Part shown: positions 40,552 to 51,477 of the stretch, piece after piece
Layout of the letters: each line of letters begins with the position of its first letter
How positions within the stretch are numbered: the stretch's first letter is position 1
Origin: an uncultured Planctomycetota bacterium
GTDB taxonomy: Bacteria; Planctomycetota; Planctomycetia; Isosphaerales; Isosphaeraceae
Reading direction: 5' to 3'
Length of the DNA stretch: 64,000 nt
Assembly: GCA_963845755.1 (NCBI GenBank)
Contig: CAWJTV010000042.1
Location: forward strand, 256,001-320,000
Program-made: the position numbers and the translations under genes
The notes under the pieces: generated by a model
What the model saw: the letters and a program-made list of their open reading frames with translations, nothing else
The model's database searches: none
What the model was told of the DNA's origin: nothing

Positions 40552-41394
40552 CTACAGCCACGGCTTTGCTTTGGAATCGTCCATGCAGCATTCCTGAGCG
40601 ACTCCGTCAACAACGTCGGGTGGGATCACTTCCAGTCCGCGCACCGCACCGGCGATGAGACTCAAGGCGGCGAGTTGCTCGAGGCCCCGCGGAATACCCC
40701 GCGAGAGGCCATGAAGCCGCGTGACTGCGCGCGGGGTAAAGATACGCTCGGTGCATCCGACGGCCGCGAACTTCCGCGTAAGATACTCGTCTACCTGAGA
40801 ACGCGTCAGCCGCATCAGGCTGATCGCGAGGGCCCAGTCGTCCGTGGATTCGAGACACCCGTCCCACGGCGGAGACCCGACTCGGATGATCGTGAGCCGG
40901 GTTCCGTTTCCGGATCCGCCGTGCGCTAGGGCGTGCAGGTCGCTTACAACGCGACTCTCGCAGTCCGCGGTCCAGTGGTCGAGGGCCAGGATGATCTGCA
41001 AACCCTGAAGGGCGGCGACTCGGAATGCTCGTTCGAGCGCCTGCCAAATCGCGGGAAGTCCTGCCTCGCGACACAGAGGTTGGCCCAGACGCTCAACGAC
41101 TTTACCGAGGATCAGGCCCCCGTCGGACGGAGCCTGGATCAGGGCCACGCGCCGCCCGGGAGTTCGGCTCTCGGCCACAGCCCGGTGCAGCACGACCGTC
41201 TTTCCCAGGCCCGCCGCCGCGGAAAAGACCACATCCCGCCTCCCCTGCTCGATCGAGTAGACCAGGCGAAGCAATGCCTCATCATGTGAAGGGAGCGAGA
41301 CATAGGGCGTATCATGGTCGTCGAAAGGATCGCGCTCCAGCCCCCAGTGTCCATACCACACGTCGATGGCCCTCCTCGTGCGAGCGTTGACCAC
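40552..41394 (-). CDS. ExeA/GspA-like AAA ATPase (degenerate motifs)
   Basis: WGLERDPF, SHDEALLRL, AAAGLGKT, SRGIPR; Walker B reads LALDH. Confidence 0.75.
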   Translation of the reverse strand: MVNARTRRAIDVWYGHWGLERDPFDDHDTPYVSLPSHDEALLRLVYSIEQGRRDVVFSAAAGLGKTVVLHRAVAESRTPGRRVALIQAPSDGGLILGKVVERLGQPLCREAGLPAIWQALERAFRVAALQGLQIILALDHWTADCESRVVSDLHALAHGGSGNGTRLTIIRVGSPPWDGCLESTDDWALAISLMRLTRSQVDEYLTRKFAAVGCTERIFTPRAVTRLHGLSRGIPRGLEQLAALSLIAGAVRGLEVIPPDVVDGVAQECCMDDSKAKPWL

Positions 41395-41481
41395 CTCGTC
41401 GCATTCAGGTCGTCACATCGCGTCCTCCCCCTGGATCGGATAGGATGGGATTCCATCTTTGCACTGATCTGGAGAAGAGGC

Positions 41482-42236
41482 GTGCCCGCTCGCTTTTACT
41501 GCCCCGATCCGCCTCAAGACGGCCTCCTGCGCTTGAATTCCGAGGAGTCGCGGCATCTGACGCGAGTCTGCCGCCTGGGCCTGGGCGATCGTGTTGAGGT
41601 CTTCGACGGCCACGGATTTGCCTCATCCGCGAGGGTCGTGGCCGTTCGACTCCAAGGCGCCGAGCTAGTGATTGAAGGGGAACCCCTGCCGGATCATCAC
41701 GCTCCGTGTTCCTTGACCCTGGCCACCGCCGTGCCCAAGGCGGATCGGTTCGACTGGCTGGTCGAGAAGGCGACGGAACTCGGCGTCGACCGGCTGATAC
41801 CGCTAATCACCGAGCGTTCGGTCGTGGATCCCCGCGGCACGAAGCTGGGCCGGCTGCGGCGGTCGATCATCGAGGCATCGAAACAGTGCCGCCGAGCCCG
41901 CCTCATGTCCCTGGATGAGCCAGTGGCGTGGACGACGCTGATCGGCTCCTTCCCCGACTCGCTACGGTTCCTCGCCGATGCCGACGGCAGTCCCCCCTGC
42001 CGTTGGCCGTCGATCCGCGCGGTGCCGCAGTCGTCCTGGCCGTGGGGCCGGAGGGCGGCCTGACGACTTCGGAAATCGACCTCGCGGGCCGGTCCGGTTG
42101 GTTGGCGGCGAAGATCAGCGTCAACACACTCCGCATCGAGACTGCCGGATTGGCCGGCTGTGCCGCCCTATTCACACGCGTCGGGATCGGCAGCGTTCCC
42201 GCTGTTACATCGTCCACTGACCTCCCGCTTCGGTGA
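41482..42236 (+). CDS. rsmE: 16S rRNA m3U1498 methyltransferase (frameshift near 42020)
   Basis: HLTRVCRL, VFDG, EKATELGV, EASKQCRR, VGPEGG, LRIETA. Confidence 0.9.
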
Positions 42237-42624
42237 GGATCTGGTAGACCGACCAGACGTATCCGTCCGGATCGCGGAGGGCGAACTCCCGCCAGCCCCA
42301 CTCTTGATCGGCAGGTTCTCCCGAAATGCTCAAGATCGCCCCTTCGTCCATACAATGCTGGTAGAATTCATCCACATTCGGGACTTGCATCTGAAGGTGA
42401 ATGCCCACACCGACGCGGGTGTCCTCGAATTCCTGCGCGTGCGGCTCCTGGGGATGGAGCATCAACGTGAATTGGCCGATGCGGAGGATCGCGAGCGAAT
42501 ACGGCCCATTCTCGTGCTCAGCGTGGATCTGGACGATTTCGGCGCCGACGACCTCGTTGTAGAATTCCAGCGACCTTCGTACGTCCTTGACGTACAAGAA
42601 GACGCTTGTGATACGGGCCGTCAT
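42205..42624 (-). CDS. VOC/glyoxalase family protein
   Basis: LYVKDVRRSLEFY..VG and WGWREFALRDPDG. Confidence 0.85.
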   Translation of the reverse strand: MTARITSVFLYVKDVRRSLEFYNEVVGAEIVQIHAEHENGPYSLAILRIGQFTLMLHPQEPHAQEFEDTRVGVGIHLQMQVPNVDEFYQHCMDEGAILSISGEPADQEWGWREFALRDPDGYVWSVYQILTEAGGQWTM

Positions 42625-42777
42625 TCCTATCCCTCCTTCTGGACGAACAAGGAGAGCCTTCGCGGATGCCGCGGTAGGCGCGTTCCCGCGAGATTAACCC
42701 CAAGTTCGCTTTCTGACAATCGAAACCGTCGCTGTGGCGCCAGATGGCCAGTGCGTGACACGCATAGACTGCCCCAA

Positions 42778-43776
42778 TTACCGAGAATGAGGCGCAGGTG
42801 GTGAATCGGGTCCCGGTGGAGAGGAGAAGAAATCGACGGTCTGACGGATCGCCGGAAGGAGGAAGCCGACGGCTGAGTAATGCCCACAGTCGTACCAGCG
42901 GATCGGCGGTCGGCCCGCCGCTTCCCACAGGGCGCGGGCGGATGATGGAGGGATGACCTCGTCGACCTTGCCGGCCATCATGAACACCCGCTTGCCGGCG
43001 AGTCGCGAGGCGTAGGCCAGCGGATCGAAGGGATCCGTGAGCGCCTTCAGATCGCCCAGAGTCCGGCCGGACTCGATCCAACCTGCGCGAAAGGCCGCGC
43101 CTTCCGGCATTTCCCAGATGACCTTGGAAAGATCGCCGCCTGCCAGCAAGAACGCGCCTTCGCGGATTGAGGGGTCCACGGCCGCCGCGATGGACGACAC
43201 AATTCCGCCCAGGCTGATCCCAGCGACGCCCAGCCGCTGACCGTCTATATCCTGGCGGCTGTTCAACCAGCATGCGGCGCGACGGACGTCGCAGATGCCC
43301 TGGCGCATGGCGGTCACCGTCCGTTCGATGTCCGCGGACAGGAACCGCTTGGAGTTCAAGCCTCCGCGCGCGGGCCGGCGCTCGCCGTAATACGGCAGCT
43401 TCACGAAGAGCGCCGCAACGCCTCGATCGGCCAGCCGAGCGGCCATATACCGCGAGAGCGGGAAATCCGCTCCGAGGATGTGGAGCACGATCACGGCGGG
43501 GCGCTTCGGGCCGGCGAGGGTGGGGACAAAGTATTCGGCGTGAACCACGTTGTTCTCGGGGTCGACGGTCGTGACCGGCGAGGGAAAGCGGAGGCGAGAG
43601 ACTGTATAACCTGGGGTCCTGAGCACCGGCTCCAACTCATAGGAAAAGGCCGCTGGCTCAAGTCGGAACCGTTCCGGGACCGAGGACTCCTCGGGTCCCG
43701 GCCGGAACACGACCTCCCCGCGCTCGATGGGAGGGGACGCGATCATCAGGGCCGAAACCAGGAGAACGATGCCCAT
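42778..43776 (-). CDS. Exported alpha/beta hydrolase
   Basis: Signal peptide; LPYYGERR, GISLGG, DEVIP, CGH. Confidence 0.85.
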   Translation of the reverse strand: MGIVLLVSALMIASPPIERGEVVFRPGPEESSVPERFRLEPAAFSYELEPVLRTPGYTVSRLRFPSPVTTVDPENNVVHAEYFVPTLAGPKRPAVIVLHILGADFPLSRYMAARLADRGVAALFVKLPYYGERRPARGGLNSKRFLSADIERTVTAMRQGICDVRRAACWLNSRQDIDGQRLGVAGISLGGIVSSIAAAVDPSIREGAFLLAGGDLSKVIWEMPEGAAFRAGWIESGRTLGDLKALTDPFDPLAYASRLAGKRVFMMAGKVDEVIPPSSARALWEAAGRPPIRWYDCGHYSAVGFLLPAIRQTVDFFSSPPGPDSPPAPHSR

Positions 43777-43945
43777 GGAACGATCTGGCTCCTGTCGTGT
43801 TCAGAGCCCCGACGTTCGTCGGGGCCTGGAGGCCCCCGCAGAACCTGGGGCCATGATCGTGGATGTATACCCGCGGTTGCCACAAGGACCGACTTGATTT
43901 AGATTAAGGCCCCTCACTGGCCGAGGGGAAGGGAGTTCCGGTTCG

Positions 43946-45016
43946 ATGACACGGTCGTCCGCTCGCCTGGCAGGGATTGAACCCGGTCGCGTCTGTATCA
44001 TCAAGCCCAGCTCGTTGGGGGACGTGATCCACGCCATGCCCATCCTCTCGGCGTTGCGCCGGCGGTGGCCGACGGCGCACCTGGCCTGGGTCGTGAACCG
44101 ACCCTTCCGCGAAGTCCTCCAGGGCCACCCCGATCTCGACGAATTGATCGTCTTCAGCCGGGGACACGAGATGGCCGGGCTGCTGTGGCGTCTTGCCCAC
44201 GGCCGGTACGACCTGACCATCGATTTGCAGGGTCTGTTGCGCTCGGCGCTGATGACGGCGGCGACTCATGCGAAGGTTCGTGTCGGCGCGGCGGATGCAC
44301 GTGAGGGGGCCCGCTGGTTCTACACGCACCGCATCGATGCGCCTCGGCTCGGCATTCACGCCGTGGATCGCGTACTCCGGGTCGCCGCTGCACTGGGGGC
44401 GGATGTCACCGAGACGCGATTCCACTTACCAATCCCAGAACAAGATCAGCGTTGGGCGCGGCAGACCTTGAAGGCCGTGTCGCGGCCGCGCGTCATCCTC
44501 AATCTCGGTACACGATGGCCGACAAAGCGCTGGCCGCCGCATCATTTCGCCGAGATCGCCCGCCGCGCCGTCTCGGAATTCGGCGCCGGCCTGGTTGCCG
44601 TGGGGGCGGCAGAGGACCGGCCGCTGGTCAACGCCCTGGCCGGTCATATCGCACCGCTGCGCGTGCTCGATCTGTGCGGTCAGACTCGGCTCCCTCAGCT
44701 CGCGGCCCTCAGCCTCGAGGCCGATCTGATGATCTCCAATGATACTGGGCCGCTCCACCTCGCCGCGGCCGTCGGCGCCCAGGTGCTGGGGATCTATACT
44801 TGCACCGACCCGAGTTTGACCGGCCCGATCGGTCCACGAGTTGCCACGGTGCAAAGCCACGTCTGGTGTTCGCCGAGCTTCCGCAAGAGCTGCAATCGCC
44901 TCGAATGCATGGCCGAACTGATACCCGATCGTGTCTGGCCGCAAGTGAAGGATCAGCTCACAAAGGCCCTCACTCCCATTCACCACGTCCCGTCGAACGG
45001 ACCCTGGCCTAACTGA
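43946..45016 (+). CDS. GT9 heptosyltransferase-family glycosyltransferase
   Basis: IKPSSLGDVIH, IDLQGLLRS, KRWP, NDTGPLHLAAA. Confidence 0.9.
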   Translation: MTRSSARLAGIEPGRVCIIKPSSLGDVIHAMPILSALRRRWPTAHLAWVVNRPFREVLQGHPDLDELIVFSRGHEMAGLLWRLAHGRYDLTIDLQGLLRSALMTAATHAKVRVGAADAREGARWFYTHRIDAPRLGIHAVDRVLRVAAALGADVTETRFHLPIPEQDQRWARQTLKAVSRPRVILNLGTRWPTKRWPPHHFAEIARRAVSEFGAGLVAVGAAEDRPLVNALAGHIAPLRVLDLCGQTRLPQLAALSLEADLMISNDTGPLHLAAAVGAQVLGIYTCTDPSLTGPIGPRVATVQSHVWCSPSFRKSCNRLECMAELIPDRVWPQVKDQLTKALTPIHHVPSNGPWPN

Positions 45017-45168
45017 CTACGTAGCGATCCACTTCTGCGGCGATCTCATGCGGCGGACTGCGCTGTTGTTCGACCGGCGCGGATCGCGTAAATTAGGGCC
45101 GCGTCTGAGCATCCATCATTTCGACGGTTCTTTCCTCCCTTGGTGGGTCGGAGCCAGGAGCGGGTGTT

Positions 45169-46846
45169 ATGAGTTCGGTCGCGGCGAGTTCTCGCAATAC
45201 GGGCCGGGAACCGGCGCCCTTTGCGCCGCTTCGTGAGTTGTCGCCCTTACCCGAAACATGGCGATCCCTGCCCGAGGCGTTCGTCCACTCGGTGCGGCGC
45301 CATCGCTCGAAAACCGCTGTGGCCGATAGTACCGGCGCCACTTTGACTTATGGTGAGACGTTCCGCAACGCGCTCATCCTGGGGCGCGTCCTGTCGCGAT
45401 CATGGGGAGACGCCACCCATATCGGCTTGATGGTCCCACCGACCGTACCGGCCGCCGTGGCCAATCTCGCTGTCTCGCTGTGGGGGAAGATCCCGGTCAA
45501 TCTCAACTACAGCGCCAATCAAGAGGTAGTTGAACTCCTCGGTCAACCAATGTGGGATCACCCACGTGCTGACCTCCGCGAAGGTCCTCGACAAGTTCAA
45601 TATCGTGCCCAAGGGCACGCTGATCCTGCTGGAAGACATCCGCAAGCAGGTGCCGTTGGTGGATAAGCTCTGGGGCGCCGCGGTTGCCAAGGTCGTCCCC
45701 ATAAAGCTCCTGAGTGCCTTCGTACCCGGGCTGCGCGGCGATCGGCTCGACGCGGAGGCCACGGTCATATTCACCTCGGGGTCGACCGGCGATCCCAAAG
45801 GCGTAATGCTCTCGCATCGGAATATCCTCAGCAATGCCCACCAGATCGAGGAACAGGTGCATCTCCAGCCGGATGAGGTCGTGCTGGGAATCCTGCCGTT
45901 CTTCCACTCGTTTGGATTCACGGTCACGATCTGGACGGCGATGGCCCTCGGCAAGAAGGTGGTCTATCACTTCAATCCCCTCGATGCCCGGACGATCGGC
46001 AAGCTCTGCGACGAGCACAAGGTGACCCTCCTGATCGGCACGCCATCGTTCACCCGGTTCTACTTGAAGAGCTGCGAGCCAAGCCAGTTCCGGACGCTCA
46101 CTCACCTGATCCTCGGAGCCGAGAAGCTCAAGCCCGAGTTCGCCCGGGAAATCCAGGAGGTCCTGGGCATCGAACCCCTGGAGGGCTATGGGTGCACGGA
46201 ACTCTCTCCGGTCGTTGCCGTGAACGTCCCGCGCGAGGTCGAACTACCGGGCGGGCGCACCGTTCACGGGAACCGACTGGGGACGGTGGGTTTGCCAATG
46301 CCGGGCACGGCGATCAAGACGATCGACCCGGAATCGGGCGCGGATCTTGCCCCGGGCGCCGAGGGGATCATCGCCGTGAAGGGTCCGCAGGTGATGGTCG
46401 GTTATCTCAAGCGGCCCGAAGCCACGGCCCAGGTGATCCGCGACGGTTGGTATACGACCGGCGACCTCGGATTCGTCGACGCCGACGGTTTCCTCAAGAT
46501 CACCGATCGGATCAGCCGTTTTTCGAAGATCGCCGGTGAGATGGTCCCTCATCTCTCGATCGAATCGGCGATCGTCGAGATCACGGGGGTCGATGAGAAT
46601 CAGGTGGCCGTCGCCGGTCTGCCCGATCCGAAGCATGGAGAGAAGCTCTGCGTGCTCTACACGGACCTCGGGATGACGCCCGCGGAAGTTCAGCAGCGGC
46701 TCACTGCGGGATCGCTCCCGAAGCTCTGGATCCCCTCGGCCCGGGATTTCATCCAGATCGACCAGATTCCCATCACAGCAACCGGCAAGATTGACCTGCG
46801 AGGCCTCCGCCAGATCGCCCTCGAGCGGCAGCGGGCGAATCCTTGA
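45169..46846 (+). CDS. Aas-like AMP-binding acyl-ACP synthetase (frameshift near 45525)
   Basis: FTSGSTGDPKGV, LPFFHSFG, EGYGCTE, WYTTGDLG, SRFSKIAGEMV. Confidence 0.88.
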
Positions 46847-46958
46847 ATCCTACCTTCTCGACAAAAACCGCAGCGCAAAATCCGATGTCATGGGTTTATT
46901 CCAGGAGGGATACTGTGTAAGAATAAGTAATGCGGCTTGAAAGGTGAGGGAGAATCCG

Positions 46959-48306
46959 ATGGCGGTGGTGATCCGGGTCACGTCAGGCCCCCACTCTGGT
47001 CAGGAGTATCTGGTCAACCGCCGGCAAACGTTCATGGTGGGCCGATCGTCGCGCGTGCATTTCCCGATGACGAAGGACCTGCTCCTGTCCCGCGAGCATT
47101 TCCGGATCGAGAATCAGCCTCCGCTCTGCCACCTGATGGATCTGGGTAGCACCAACGGCACCAAGGTCAACGGTTTACGCGTCGAGCGGGTCCAGCTCCG
47201 CGAAGGGGACGTCATCTCGGCAGGAGATAGCTCGTTCACCGTGCATTTCGCCGAGAGCTCCGGCGATGGCGAGTCGATGGCGACCTGTGCGGGCTGCGGT
47301 AAGCGAATCCCTGTCGAGGATCCGATGGATCGTCCGCAATCGCGCTCGGATCTCGCCAGTGACGAGGCCAGTGTCGTCTGGCTTTGCCAGGATTGCCAGG
47401 CGAGGCGGTTGAAGTTCCCCAAGACCGATCCCGACTATCTGATCGAGGAATGGATCGGCGGTGGTGGCATGGGCGAGGTCTTCCGGGCCCGGCAACTGTC
47501 GAAGAACCGTCCGGTCGCCATCAAGATGATGAGTGCAAACAGTGCGGTCGGAGACAAGGCCAATGAGTACTTCCGGCGTGAGATGGAGGTCCTTCGGGAC
47601 TTGCTGATGCCGAGCGGCCAATGCCATCATAGCATCGTGGCGTTTTACGAAATCTATGAGATCGACGCGCAGTTCCAACTGGTGATGGAGTACGTCGACG
47701 GTAAGAACGCCCTGGAATGGACCCGCGCGCTGAAAGGCCCGCTTCCCTGCTTCGCGGCAGCCCAGGTCGGCAAGCACCTGCTCTCCGCCCTGGATTACGC
47801 CGCATTCCAAGGGTTACGTCCACCGGGACGTCAAGCCGTCCAATTTGCTCGTGATGGGGCCGCCTCATCGGCCGCGCGTGAAGCTCACGGACTTCGGGCT
47901 GGCCAAGAGCTTCGACGAGGCCGAGGGTTTCTCGACGTTGACCCGCCAGGGAGATGTGGGCGGCTCGATCGGGTTCATCTCCCCCGATCACATCCGCGAC
48001 TTCCGCGAGGTCCGCGAACCGGCCGACATTTACAGCGCCGGTGCGACGTTGTTCTATCTCCTGACGAACCGCTATCCCTACCTGGGATTCGACCCCCGTC
48101 AGCCCGGCTCCTACGAGATCATCTTGCAGCATCCTCCGGTGCCGCTGAGGGCGTTCCGGCCGGATGCGCCGGAGGGCCTGGAACGCGTCTTGCTCAAGTC
48201 GATGCAGAAGCAGCCGCGGGACCGCTGGAAATCGGCCCGCGCGATGGCCGATGCATTGCGGCCGTTCCTGTTCTCCGCGCCCGCTCGCGTCGATGTCAGT
48301 CCCTGA
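46959..48306 (+). CDS. FHA-domain Ser/Thr protein kinase (frameshift near 47800)
   Basis: FHA motifs VGR, SREH, DLGSTNGT; CxxC..CxxC linker; GGGGMG, VAIK, HRDVKPSN, DFG. Confidence 0.9.
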
Positions 48307-48587
48307 CGCGGATCGCCTCCCCACGGCGCGAAACCCCGGGGGCCGTCCACCTGATAACAGGTGGAGGAACAGGTGGGGCCGCCGGACCCCAACTCATCAA
48401 GATCAACTTTGTAAATAATATATTTTAATATTTATTAATATAGTGTAATTTATGCGAATTGTCCTCACGCCGCTCCGGAGTTGGATGCGCCGAGAAGGAG
48501 GACAGGCCCAAGGGCGTTGGGCCCGCGGTTGACGGACCCAAATCGGGCCGGGAGACTGTCCCCTTTATCCTCCGCGGAGGATGATGG

Positions 48588-49805
48588 TCAGCGTTGCCGC
48601 GCCGCGATGAACGACGCACGGACCAGGATTTCATTCTTCTCGTAGGTCGAATTGGGCATCAAGCAGGTCCGGACTGCCTGGCCACGGGAGAAATACTGGC
48701 GGTAAATCCGGTTCATGGGCTCGTAGTCCTTCATGTCGCGGAGGTAGACACATCCCGACGCGATGTCTTCGAGGGCCAGCCCGGCTGCTTCGAGGACGGC
48801 CGTGTGGTTCCGACCCATTTGATGAACCTGTTCGCCCAGATCGCCCGCCACTAGGCCTCCTGTGGACCGGGAGCCGGAAAGGGCCGAGACGTACAGGGTA
48901 TTCCCTGCCCAGACCGCGGGGTTGCCCGCCACGGCGCCGTCCATCGAATCGTCCTTCCACCCGGCCGGCCGGACCAGCTTACGGCCGGCCAGGTCGGTGG
49001 TGGCGATACAGGTGACCTCGACGTGCGAGCCGCCGGGGATCCAATCGACGAATACGGTGGAACAGGCGGGCTCGTTGCCGTCGTCGAAGAATTCCTGGTA
49101 GACCTTGTTGGCCGCTTCCAGGTTCTCGTACTTGTCGAGGAAGACGTGGCTCATGACGACGTGTCGGAAGTCGAGCCCGGCTTGCTTGAGCGTGGCCTCG
49201 ACGTTCTTCATCGCCTGCCGGACCTGGTCCTCGAAGGTCGCGGGGTGGCCGCCGCCGGGGAGCTGATCCCCCTTGCCCGAGACATAGAGCGTGTCGCCCG
49301 CAAGGATGCCGGGGCTGTACGGGAAGCCGGCGGGCGGTTCGCCGATCCGCTTCTTCTCCGCGAGGTCGGTATAGGCGATGCATGTGATCTCCAGCCGAGA
49401 GGGGCCGGGCACCTGCGCCACACCGAGCGTCGTCCGCGCCGGCGGGTCCTCCGGGAAGAACTTGGCGTAGTATTTGTTCATCTCGGCGTACTTGTCGCGA
49501 TCTTCGAGATAGACGAACGACTTGACCACATGCTTCATGTCGAGTCCGGCCGACTGCAACGACTTGCGGATCTCGCCGAGGCAATTCTCGACCTTCTCGG
49601 GGAATTCCGCGTTGGGGCGATAGTCGCCCTTGCCCGAGATGTATAGGGTCTTGCCGACCTTGGTCCCGGCTGCGAACAGGGTGCGCTTCTTCTTCGCCTC
49701 CTCGGTAACTTTCCTGGCGGGCGCCTGATCCTGCCCCGCGGCCGGCCGGACCAGTCCGAGAGCCACGATGACGGGTGCGACGACGATCAGACCGGTTCTT
49801 GTCAT
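48588..49805 (-). CDS. Exported protein with three tandem RidA/YjgF domains
   Basis: Signal peptide; three TLY(I/V)S repeats; PPARTT, EPACST, QAVRTC; LEITCIA, VEVTCIA. Confidence 0.85.
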   Translation of the reverse strand: MTRTGLIVVAPVIVALGLVRPAAGQDQAPARKVTEEAKKKRTLFAAGTKVGKTLYISGKGDYRPNAEFPEKVENCLGEIRKSLQSAGLDMKHVVKSFVYLEDRDKYAEMNKYYAKFFPEDPPARTTLGVAQVPGPSRLEITCIAYTDLAEKKRIGEPPAGFPYSPGILAGDTLYVSGKGDQLPGGGHPATFEDQVRQAMKNVEATLKQAGLDFRHVVMSHVFLDKYENLEAANKVYQEFFDDGNEPACSTVFVDWIPGGSHVEVTCIATTDLAGRKLVRPAGWKDDSMDGAVAGNPAVWAGNTLYVSALSGSRSTGGLVAGDLGEQVHQMGRNHTAVLEAAGLALEDIASGCVYLRDMKDYEPMNRIYRQYFSRGQAVRTCLMPNSTYEKNEILVRASFIAARQR

Positions 49806-50058
49806 GACAAAACTCCCCTGGGACCTCAACCCGGTTGCTGACTGATCCACTCCAGTCCACAATGGGGCTGAGTGTATCAGACGGTGCGGCCGCATTCTAT
49901 CGCCGAGCGGCTCGCAAGGTTCTCGACGCCAATCCGATTCTTTGTAAATGGGGAGGGCACGAACTCGACAACGGCCGTCGGCTGCCGCAAGATATGCGGT
50001 GAGTACGGCGCCTTGACCGCGTTCAACCCACACCGGTTCATCCTACCCGGACCCTGCC

Positions 50059-51442
50059 ATGAAACTGCTGCAAGCCTCCGTTCTCCTGCTCCTGGTGGGC
50101 ATGCGCCAGCGCCCAGCCGAAATACGACCTGCTGCTCCGCGGCGGCCACGTCATCGATCCCCGGAACCAGGTTGACGCCGTCCGAGACGTCGCCATTCGT
50201 CGCGGCATGGTCGCCGCGGTGGCCGAGAAGATCGACCCCGCCGAGGCCCTCAAGACGGTGGACCTCGGCGGCCTGTACGTAACCCCGGGACTCGTGGACA
50301 TCCACGTGCACGTCTACGCTGGCACCGGCGAGCGCCGGTCTTATGCCGGCGACAGCAGCGTCTATCCCGACGGCTTCGCGATCCGATCGGGCGTAACGGC
50401 CGTGGCCGACGCCGGTTGCGCGGGCTGGCGGAACTTCGAGGATTTCAAGACTCGGATCATCGACCGATCGCGCACTCGCGTCTTCGCGTTCTTGAACATC
50501 GTCGGCCACGGCATGAGGGGCTTCCGTTATGAGCAAGACGTCAAAGACATGGACCCCAAGCCGGCGGCCGAGATGGCCTTGAAATACAAGGGCCTGATCG
50601 TGGGGATCAAGACGGCGCACTTCTCGGGCCGGGATTTCACGGCGGTAGACCGGGCCGTCGAGGCGGGGACGATGGCCAAGATCCCCGTGATGGTCGACTT
50701 CGGCCGGGTCGCACCCACCAAATCCCTCGAGTCGCTGCTGACCCAGAAGCTTCGGCCCGGTGACATCTACACTCACGTCTACTCGGGATTGCGGAACGAG
50801 CTGGACCGCTCGGGCCACGCCAACCCCGCGCTATTCGAGGGCCGCAAGCGTGGGGTGATCTTCGACGTCGGCCATGGCGGCGGCAGCTTCGCCTGGCGCG
50901 TCGCCGTACCGATCATCCAGGAGGGCCTCCTCCCCGATTCGATCTCGACCGACATCCATACCAGCAGCCAGAACGGCAGTGTCAAGGACATGCTGAACGT
51001 GATGAGTAAGTTCCTGGCCCTGGGCATGCCGACGAACGAGGTGATCCTCCGCTCCACCTGGAACCCGGCTCGGGAGATCCATCAGGAACAGCTAGGCCAC
51101 CTCTCGGTCGGGGCGCCGGCCGACGTGGCCGTCCTGCGGCTCGAGCAGGGCGACTTCGGCTTCACCGACGTCTACGGCGCCCGCCTGAGCGGCCATCAAC
51201 GACTGACCTGCGAGATGACCCTGCGCGGTGGTCGGATCGTCTACGAGTTGAACGGTCTGTCTCGCCCCGACTGGAGAACGCTGCCGAAGAACTACCGGTC
51301 CACGGGAAGTCCCCGATGGGATGGGATCCGGAGTTCCAACGGCGGACTTACCCGAGAAGCCCGGCTCCTCGAGGTCGTGACGACTCCTCGACCGCCGATC
51401 GATGGGCAACTGACGGCGAGTCGTCCCGAAGTCGCGCCGTGA
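50059..51442 (+). CDS. Exported amidohydrolase/deacetylase (dihydroorotase-like; frameshift near 50103)
   Basis: Signal peptide; YDLLLRGGHVIDP, PGLVDIHVH, DAG, GIK, LRPGDIYTH, FDVGHG, ISTD. Confidence 0.88.
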
Positions 51443-51477
51443 ATCCCCCCAGGAACCTTCACCATTGGAGCCCAAAC

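Noticed and set aside
50059..51442. pyrC dihydroorotase
   Set aside because: Signal peptide and catabolic context fit the amidohydrolase/deacetylase subfamily better.
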